A stretch of DNA of 60,209 bases, counting the filler, from Squatina squatina (lineage: Eukaryota), in the NCBI GenBank assembly GCA_031763465.1. It is 3 parts of 3 records of this genome, joined end to end, with 100 filler letters (N's around TTAATTAATTAA, not from the genome) between each part and the next. Parts side by side here need not be neighbours in the genome. Positions count along the whole stretch, not along the records: positions 32,810 to 60,209 come from JARFOE010000013.1; 2 more parts are not named here. One strand, 5' to 3'. The translations under genes and the position numbers were made by a program. Of the stretch, positions 51,031-60,209 are shown one piece after another. Numbering within the stretch: the first letter of the stretch is position 1; each line of letters opens with the position of its first letter. Under the pieces are notes generated by a model that had not been told where the DNA came from, ran no database searches, and saw only the letters and a list, made by a program, of their open reading frames with translations.

Positions 51031-54000
51031 TGACAACATTTTTACAACTAAAAACTGCATAAATCAACTGGGGAAAATTGGTCCAAAGGATGTTCCTGCA
51101 GTGGTTGTCAGGCATGCAAAGGAACAAATCCCTCCAGAAACATTTAACATTTAAATAATGCAGCTTCTCTTGAATATGTTACTAAACAAAGCATCAAAAT
51201 GTTTACTTAATCCCACTGAACTACTGTCGGAATAATTTTATCTTTCAGTCTGCTTATTTGGATACCACTAGAGTATCTGCTATCTGTCAGGGACAGCAAC
51301 ACATCATTTCACTAAGAGAAGGATGAATTGAAATTAATGAGACAAATGATGCAGCTCGTCATTAACTTTTCCTATGTTTCTTGTGGAGCTCGTAAGATCG
51401 TAGTGAGGTGGGACTTTGGAACAGGAGCTCTTGTATACAGCTGGTCAACATAACTGATTCATCCCCAAAGAATATGCATCACAAGGTGATAGATTCGCTT
51501 CACTTGAACAATGAGAATTTTTTTTTCCAAACAACAGACTCACAACACTGGGATGCTCTGCTACAATCGGGCATTAGAACACAAGGCATAATTTTATGAA
51601 ATCACACTTCCAGGTCAGAACCTCATCCATCCATTGACTTTAATGTACAGAAAACCATGGGGGAGTTCACACCCGAACCCTTTATGTCTGCTCTTGGTGG
51701 GCGAGGCTCCCTGACAGGAAAGGAATTTCATAAAATAACCCCTGCTGTGCTAAAATATGTGTTGTTAATTTTGCCCTGGCCATCACTGCCCAACTTGAGC
51801 AATTGCCTGTTGCAACAAACCTCTCAACCACCAACCAGTTTTGTATTCATTCACAATGATTCACTTTCTCCGTATTATTTCATTGCTTGTTGTTTTTTAT
51901 GTCTTCCTGTTTTGTCTATTCCTTTTGCATAATTCTTTCATCACCTGNNNNNNNNNNNNNNNNNNNNNNNNNNNNNNNNNNNNNNNNNNNNNNNNNNNNN
52001 NNNNNNNNNNNNNNNNNNNNNNNNNNNNNNNNNNNNNNNNNNNNNNNNNNNNNNNNNNNNNNNNNNNNNNNNNNNNNNNNNNNNNNNNNNNNNNNNNNNN
52101 NNNNNNNNNNNNNNNNNNNNNNNNNNNNNNNNNNNNNNNNNNNNNNNNNNNNNNNNNNNNNNNNNNNNNNNNNNNNNNNNNNNNNNNNNNNNNNNNNNNN
52201 NNNNNNNNNNNNNNNNNNNNNNNNNNNNNNNNNNNNNNNNNNNNNNNNNNNNNNNNNNNNNNNNNNNNNNNNNNNNNNNNNNNNNNNNNNNNNNNNNNNN
52301 NNNNNNNNNNNNNNNNNNNNNNNNNNNNNNNNNNNNNNNNNNNNNNNNNNNNNNNNNNNNNNNNNNNNNNNNNNNNNNNNNNNNNNNNNNNNNNNNNNNN
52401 NNNNNNNNNNNNNNNNNNNNNNNNCTCTCCACAGATGCTGCCTGACCTGCTGAGTTTTTCCAGCACTTTTTGTTTGTATTGCGTTACAGTTTAGTGTTCA
52501 ATGTTTCAAAACTAAACCGGTGTAGGATTGTACCATACAGGTTCTGCAAGTATCATGATTATAAGCTGAGCACGATACATCCAGCCATTTACCCAGATAA
52601 TTCTAATTTCAGTTTCTTAGCACTGTTCATTTTTCCCCATGGAGTGCTTACTTCCAGGCAGTAAATCATGAATTGACGTGGTCATTGGAAACCAGCAAGG
52701 AATGTATCTGGCCAATTTCATGTGGAGTTCAATAGCCTTGGAGGAGGCTAATGAAAGGAAAAGAAGCTGAGAATGCACTTTCAAATATTAATGGACCACG
52801 AGTACATTACTGTGCTTTGGACAAAATCTCCATGACACCACTTCTTGGATATATACATGCACATATGATTTAAGACCAAATACAAAAGCACAGCATAGCA
52901 GATAATTACATCAAATGTTCCCAGATTTCCTGAACATTTTATGTGGAAAATTGGATTTACAAGACTTAACATTCGCCTCTAATGGGATAGTGCTCAAAAT
53001 CAGCCAAGTTTGCAGAACTGGCTGAAGAACCAATGGCCAAACAAAATCTGTTACTACAAATTGTAGCGGTTTTATAAACGCATGAAAAATGCTCCTTCTT
53101 TGCTGCAGCTCCTGGAAGTGTCAATCCTCCAAACAGTTTGAAAACAGTACGCAGGATGTGCTGCCCTACTTTAAAAGTCTTCTTTGTGATTACGATGCAC
53201 AGAATTTATCTGCTACTTGGCTTTTTCATTTCAATAAAATTGAAATGCTTAGTTCGCATGGATGATTTTTGTGGTCAACCTTAGGAAGATAAGTCAAAAA
53301 TGCAGACTGATCTATTTCTTCACTCTGAACATACGATCAAATAAGGCTGAAACCTCAGTTCTAAACACGGGCATGGCCACTTTATCATTTCTGCCCATGT
53401 AGAAAATTAACTAGGTGTAAATTGCACATGACTGTTATTTATTACACATCCACCCACTTNNNNNNNNNNNNNNNNNNNNNNNNNNNNNNNNNNNNNNNNN
53501 NNNNNNNNNNNNNNNNNNNNNNNNNNNNNNNNNNNNNNNNNNNNNNNNNNNNNNNNNNNGGACAGGAGGAAAGGAGGGAAGGAAGGAAGGACTGGTCAGG
53601 TTCCTGCTCTCTGGCAACTAGGACCAGCAAATTGCACGACTTCAGTTCGCAGAGGAAATCCTGGGACTGAGACCTGGAGGAAACAGCTCCATCATGATCT
53701 CCATCCTCTTCATGTTGCTGGCATTTAGCAGGCGTGCACTGAGCCTTTTACCAAGATGACACAATGCACATTTCCAGTCAGGATTGTGTGTGCACATTTA
53801 TAGGCCTCAGGTGGCCGCATATTGCCTAATAAACGGGCACCATGTTACCCAATTTAACTCCTAATCTCTCCGATTCGAACTGTCCAGACTCTTCAGGTCA
53901 GAAACTCTTTGTTTCCATCTGCATCAACTGATTCTGGCACCTGATACACCTTTAAATCTCAGTCCGACTCACCTAGAGTGCATTAGGAGTGCAAAAGAAG

Positions 54001-55051
54001 GCAACAGAAAGCTGCTGCACCGCTGGACCTCATTTTATTGAGCTGTGTACAAATGAAGTCAGCTGTGTGTGCAGGTAGGTCCAAAGAGCATGATGGACCT
54101 CAGGGGAAGCATTTTAATGGTGGAAATCGGCAGCTTCCACCAGATTGCAGCAGATGAGTGGGAATTTTTCTCAGGCAGGACAAACGAGGAGGAAATCTTC
54201 CCCGCCCCAAGAAACTATTTGAAGTATCGTAAGAAAACAGGCATAATAGTAAGAATACAATGAGCCAGCCAGAAGTAGAAAGGAACTGTGACCCAGATAT
54301 TTAAAAAAATGACTAACCAAAAGCGCTATAGACATCGAAGAACACAAGTCCATGTTGCTGCCAGTAACTCCCTGCCAAGGCATTCACTATTTTGCTTTTC
54401 CTTTATATAGCATGAGTATTTTTGTTCATACACTGCCCAAAGTCTTAGCATCCAGAATCTGATGAACTGTTGGCTGGATACACAAATAAGAAGAATTATA
54501 TTTTTGTCAGGGCTCACAGTTAGTTATCTGTGGTGGTAGAATTATACTTCCGATCCCTTTATTGGTCCATCCTATGCTTGCAGCAGCTGACAAACACCAT
54601 GGCAACTGTCAGTGTGCTCCCAGCAGTGATGAATGATGGCATTCACACCGAAGGATTAATATTTGCAATATCATTATTACAAGTTTATTGAGACAGAATT
54701 TACATTTGATTACGAGAAAACTCTACAGCTCATGTACATTATACAGCAATAACTGCCCTGGATTACATGGTATGTTAAATATGGTTGAGCCGCCAGTCTC
54801 CGTACAAAGCTAACATGATACAAAGAGAAGCAGAAGAATCCACTGGGAAGTTTCAGTACCTGGCAACCAGTCACTTACCAATAACATAGGTGTCACTTAA
54901 TGCACATTAATATTAAACATTCCTAGAGGCCTGACACTGTAAACCTTTTGTTAACTTCTCACACAGATCAAAAAACATTTGTTTGATTAATATCCTTTGT
55001 CTATTGCATTATGTGTCAATACAATACAAAAATCTAATAATCTTTCTGCAG

Positions 55052-55060
55052 ATCCTGCAG
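55052..55060 (+). other. Candidate 9-nt microexon
   Basis: ctaataatctttctgcAG|ATCCTGCAG|GTatgt. Branch-like CTAAT, pyrimidine tract and a strong donor. Confidence 0.3.
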
Positions 55061-55494
55061 GTATGTACGTGCCCACTACATTTTTCAGTAAGCTTCAATC
55101 ATCGACAAGGAAGTATTTCAGGATATTAAACCAAAATGTATTGTGTATTCTTCCTCTCTTATCACCAATAATGTAGATGCAAGTACAAATTAGAAGCTGC
55201 AAAGTGTCATATTTCAGGCAATTTACATATGCACGTCAAGTGGTGACACACAATAACACACCAGTAAGAATGGCACAAGCAAATAAGCTACATTTATGGC
55301 ACAGTATAATGACAACAAAAATAGGCTTACCACCAAAACACTATTGAAACATGACACTTAAATTTTGAGTAAATATATCCCAAAGTAGATTATGGCATGG
55401 TGCTTGAGGCAATAAAAGTAGTTTGTAATACAATATATTAATACAGATATGTTAAAATATTTTGAATACATTACCTCAAAGCAAACAGCAAAAA

Positions 55495-55903
55495 GGAGGA
55501 ATTTTAACTCCCTTCACTCAGCATAAACTGGGTGGAATGGGAGTTAAAATCCAAGCGGTGGACCTACCACGTCTTACCCGCCCCGCTTTAACACAGCTGT
55601 TTTTTTTGGGAGGTTGACTGACTCAGAGGGAGCTTCATGAATAATTATATACCTGGGTCCTCGAATGTCAATTTTAACTGCACACTAAATAGAGTACCTG
55701 CAGAGGATGCTCTGCTCAGTAAAACCTGGCAGGCACCCCGCAGAGGCCCTGTAATATGTTTAAAACTTATCTTTGTGGGGCAGGAGAAACAGGAGTGCTT
55801 ACTCCCCAGGCTTACTGCCCCCACGCCCCCCCTGCCCACCCCCCCTCCCCAACCCCAACCCCTGCCATCCTCTCCATCTGGCTGGCTGCAGGCAAAAAGA
55901 GAG
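55495..55903. mobile_element. MITE left portion with a subterminal hairpin
   Basis: GGAGGAATTTTAACTCCC...GGGAGTTAAAATCC (55495-55552). The GC-rich body runs to a gap. Confidence 0.5.
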
Positions 55904-56003
55904 NNNNNNNNNNNNNNNNNNNNNNNNNNNNNNNNNNNNNNNNNNNNNNNNNNNNNNNNNNNNNNNNNNNNNNNNNNNNNNNNNNNNNNNNNNNNNNNNN
56001 NNN

Positions 56004-56067
56004 ATGGCAGTGCAGGCTCGAAGGGCCTAATGGCCTACTCCTGCACCTATTTTCTCTGTTTCTATGA
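56004..56067 (+). mobile_element. CR1 3' tail
   Basis: Near-identical to 45270-45333. Confidence 0.8.
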
Positions 56068-57839
56068 TGTCTTCACACAGCAGGCAAGGGAATGGTCTTT
56101 ATTCTCCTGATTAACTATGGAAATCATGCAGCCAACCTCATACTTGCAGTTGTAAATTTATCATGAAACCAGCCAGCTGATTGAATACTAATTTTATGGA
56201 TTTACAATGAATTACACTGGATAACAGTTTTACTTAGCTTTCATAATTTCTAATCACAAAGAATTCATTATTATGTCTGCATTCGTGTTGGTATTGCTGC
56301 AGTTCTATCTGGTGTATATAATAGTTAATTAAGAATCAAAGGTAATATTGGTTGGTCACAAGCAATAGTGGAACACAAACATGTTAGCATTGTTAATTTT
56401 AAAATGCAGCTTTGTACATTAAACTCAAAAATGTTCTGCATTGTAACATGCTTAGTTATTTTGGGCTGCATTTAAACTGCAGCGATCAGATTCAGACCAG
56501 TATCTGTTGAGTACAACATGCAGTCAGCAGGCTGAAGTTGTAACAGAACTATTTCTGCAGAAGGTGTGAAATTGCTGGTCAGGTTAATAATCACAAAGAA
56601 ATTGAAGGACTGTTGATTCAGCCTGGGGATATTTCACTTACCTTTGAGAATTGGAGAACATTTTTGCAGAACTGTCCCTTAAGATTAAGTGGGCTTGATT
56701 CCATGATAGAGACATTACCCATTATTTATGCAGAAGTGCAGATAGAGAGTATGAGTAAGTGATGGAGTGATTGCAGCTGGGTTTAGTTCAGCCTTCTGTC
56801 AACATTGATACCTACACACTTCCAACAGAGATCATTGAATAGTGGTCAGAATAGGAAGCCTCAATTAACCCTTTTCCCTTCTTCTCCTGGAAATGCTGAG
56901 GTCAGTCAAATTGTTCTTTCCGATTTGCCAAGCCTGACACAAGATGGTTTACTTTCTCACTAAATTATTGTGGAGACTTCAGTTTCTTTTTTCATCAGAA
57001 ATTAAAGTGTCAATAACTCATAAACAAGTGAAAATAATATCTAATATATGTAACTAAATTTCACAGTATGGCACATTGTCCTAGCCATGTGACCTGTATC
57101 AGTTGCATACACGCAGTACTTAACAACGACTGAGTCAGCCTTTACATGACTGAACTCTGTAAAAGTGCAGCGTATTAAACTCTGGACCTAATAAGAATTC
57201 ATAAGTAAGTAGTTCTGCAGCTAATGACATTCCTGTTGAATTTCTAGATGTCCCAGGCTATATCCACAAGAATGAGAACAAAAACAGTAAAGGCCATTTC
57301 CATGCCTCATTGAAAAGAAATATATAAAAAAGATGTCAGCCCTTAGTACGTGGAATATAATTTCTCCTCTGGTTCCACTTGCAGTTGCTGATTATGTTAT
57401 CAATCCTATGCACATAATTGTGCCCATCAGTATGAGTGTCACGCACATTTATAATCCTATATCCATGAAATTATTTTGCTGAGAGGCTTTCCTTTGGCTT
57501 CCTCGTGAAGTTAATAACAGGTAAAACATTTCAAGTAAGACTGTTTGTGAGATAACCTTTACTACCAGTGTTGGATAGCTCAATTAAAGTTATCGCACAT
57601 TACATATTGTGACATTATAAAGTTCAAGGTATAGGCACCATGATAGTATAAAATATATTAAAATGAAGGCTAAGCACATCCTAGCAATATTGGAATCTTT
57701 CTTTAGTTTTGTCCCTCCCTCCTGTGTCGGAAAGAAGCCGGATTGTTTTTTTGTTGTTGTTGGGTTTAGAATATTGCTTCCGATCGCCTGCTTGGTTGCC
57801 TCCCAGCAGTTTGATTTACTAATCTGAATATTTACATCA

Positions 57840-58620
57840 ATAATTGTTGACAGGCGCCCTGCTGGACTCGGAACTCTGGGGCGTCCTGGGACGGCAATGA
57901 TTCGCTTCGTGATTTCTCAACGCCAGTCAGGGATCACTTGGATTCACTTCCTCAGCGGCAGACTTGGACTCTCAAAACTCTCCCCTTAACGAATTCGCTT
58001 CGATCCGCCGAATATTCAGACCCCGGGCTCTTCGCCCCCCCCAGTTTATTGCAACAGAACTAGAAATAGCCTCAACCTGGCCACTCGGCCAAATCCGTAA
58101 ACAAAATTGAACACAAAATGTGTGATTGAGGCAGAAATAAATAACACCTTTCTCTCCGCCACAGCCCCCTCTTTCATTTCATTGTGAACTTTCGCTTTTC
58201 AAAGTTTTTTTAAAAAAATTATTTCGTTTTTATATTTATTTAGCGAGGCAATTCTCCCCCTCTACTTAAAAATCACTCGGGTGGAAAATATTTTCAGTCT
58301 CGACACAAATTCAATCCGTTTTATTTATGTGCTTGGCATTTGTCTTGAAAGAAAATAATTTCGATATGCTCCAATTAATGGCACACACACAAGGAAACGT
58401 GAAACAACTGGCATCAAGCGGCCAGGCGTCGCTTTATTTGTAAATAAACTAAAACGGTGGATTTAAAACGGAGTCTGACTATTTGAACAATTGCTGAACA
58501 CAAATGCAGATCATTCAACTTTCTGAACCGCGTCACATGTTCGCAATCCATACTATTTCCACGGAACAGCCCGCGCCGCGCTCCAGGTTCGGAGAACTGC
58601 TGCACCTTTTTGCTTAAAAG
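57840..58620. promoter_or_regulatory. CpG-enriched island-like region (possible promoter or first exon)
   Basis: Many CpGs (e.g. CCCGCGCCGCGCTCC, ~58570) in sequence not resembling the TE families seen elsewhere in the window. Confidence 0.35.
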
Positions 58621-58713
58621 GAATATGCCTAGTTTGTTCCTGAACTTTCTCTTCCCCGAATGCCTTCCAGTGATCCATTCTTGCCTTTTCCTGCCTTGTA
58701 CACCAGTTGCTGA

Positions 58714-58877
58714 AAGCAAGCATTCAGGTGCAGGAAGGCGAATGGTATGCTGGCCTTCATTGCAAGAGGATTTGAGTACAGGAACAGGGATGTCTTACTG
58801 CAGTTATACAGGGCCTTGGTGCGACCACATCTGGAGTATTGTGTGCAGTTTTGGTCTCCTTTTCTGAGGAAGGATGT
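58714..58877 (+). mobile_element. CR1 ORF2 fragment
   Basis: Encodes [48 protein letters not shown]. Confidence 0.9.
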
Positions 58878-58977
58878 NNNNNNNNNNNNNNNNNNNNNNN
58901 NNNNNNNNNNNNNNNNNNNNNNNNNNNNNNNNNNNNNNNNNNNNNNNNNNNNNNNNNNNNNNNNNNNNNNNNNNNNN

Positions 58978-59119
58978 CTCCACCTTCTCCGCCCCAACAC
59001 CAGCCTCTGGTTCCCTGGGCTGTAGGATCCCCGGACTCCTGGCCTCCGGCTCCGCGGGCCTGATAGCTATTGTTGTTAGAGCCATGCTTGCCTCACTCCT
59101 CTGTGGTGCTGTGGTAGAT
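58978..59119 (-). CDS. Possible coding exon of an unidentified gene, truncated by a gap
   Basis: Acceptor ttgttatctaattcAG, good Kozak context gcaagcATGG at 59085, and GC-rich open frame MALTTIAIRPAEPEARSPGILQPREPEAGVGAEKVE. Confidence 0.35.
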
Positions 59120-60042
59120 CTGAATTAGATAACAAAAAATTTGTGTACAGAAATACATATAGAACATTTCAGATTGAGGAGCATGAGTTAAATTACATAT
59201 TGACCTGTCAGAAATTCTCACAGTCGAACCTTTCCTTGAAAAATTACGTTATATATTTGCAGTAAAGAATAAAGTAAGCCCAGTGGCTGTGCTGAGTATT
59301 TGTTGTGTGGATTTGAAATGGCAGGCATGATTTATTCTTTCAAAAAAAATGAAGTTGTTTTCAGACAGGAAGAAAATAAATGTGGTTAATTGAGAATGTA
59401 TTTAAGACACCAGACAAGGTGCGGAGCTCAATATATTAACTGCTGTGGATCCTTTGAGGTACTGTAACAGTGCACTGCTGTCAGACATAATGGCCATAAT
59501 AAACATGCAACTGCCATTGTGTCTTCCCAAACTGTCATTTTTGAAAAAAAACAAGAGTCACTCTGACCTTTTGCTGATTGTGAAGAATTAAAAATATTTC
59601 ACATTGTAGCTGTGAAGCTAACGATATCAGTACTTTTCAACAGGCTGACAGATTACATTTGCTTTGTAACAAAATGACTTAATAACTTAATCAATTTGCT
59701 TTGATGCACAGAAGCATCCCTTCCTCCAAAACGTCACTTTTAAATGCCACAAACTTTCCCATATGCAGTGGTATCACTTTCACAGTCTTATGGATAATGT
59801 CATGAGTAAATGCCACTGATCCAAGTGCAAAGCAAGTTACAGAAATACAAAGGGTAAAATCAATGATTGCAATAGATCAAGAGCTATACTTCCCTAATGC
59901 TACAAATCTTTCTTCAAACCAATATTCAGATCAATAGTAATTACTAGGTCAATTATAATACAGCTAGTTTTGATGTAAAGCAGTTTTGGCTTTGCAGTGA
60001 TGAAAACTTACAATCCAATTACAGCTCATAGCAGAAATTTCA

Positions 60043-60209
60043 GGAGGAATTTTTACCTAAATCCACCCCATCAGGAAACTGACGGGATTGGGCGCAATGG
60101 TGATTTTATAACCCATTCAATTTTACTCCACATTGAAGCCAATGGAGACTAATATTGGGTGGGGTGTAAAACCGATATTCTACCCACTCCATTGGCTTTC
60201 CCCTGAGTT
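60043..60209. mobile_element. MITE of the GGAGGAATTTT-terminus family
   Basis: Shared terminus and internal palindrome CATTGAAGCCAATG with flanking inverted arms. Confidence 0.45.

Noticed and set aside
32810-60209. Continuation of USP32 (exon 7 onward)
   Set aside because: No GLFNAFDENRDNHIDF-like exon was found by eye, and the region lies beyond a record-joining spacer.

Overview
Eukaryotic vertebrate genomic DNA from a fragmented, gap-rich draft assembly. The repeat repertoire (Deu-domain tRNA SINEs, CR1/L2/RTE LINEs, Penelope, Harbinger-type MITEs) points to a cartilaginous fish; this is inference. Two artificial 100-nt spacers (44N-TTAATTAATTAA-44N at 19475-19574 and 32710-32809) split the window into three probably independent blocks, and many other gaps are exactly 100 N (unknown size), so long-range adjacency is unreliable. 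The well-supported genes all lie in the middle block: two QGSY-rich FET-family (TAF15/FUS-like) exons on the minus strand, an intact intronless MAPRE/EB-family ORF (probable retrogene), and four coding exons of USP32. The rest is mostly intronic or intergenic repeat-rich DNA. No prokaryote-type system (CRISPR, operon) is present. The most interesting items are the divergent intronless EB1-like gene, a 24-bp minisatellite that appears to have grown in-frame out of a LINE C-terminus, a candidate 9-nt microexon, a Harbinger Myb/SANT relic with related MITEs, and a minisatellite with higher-order structure. All family assignments are by recall of known sequences, not database searches.
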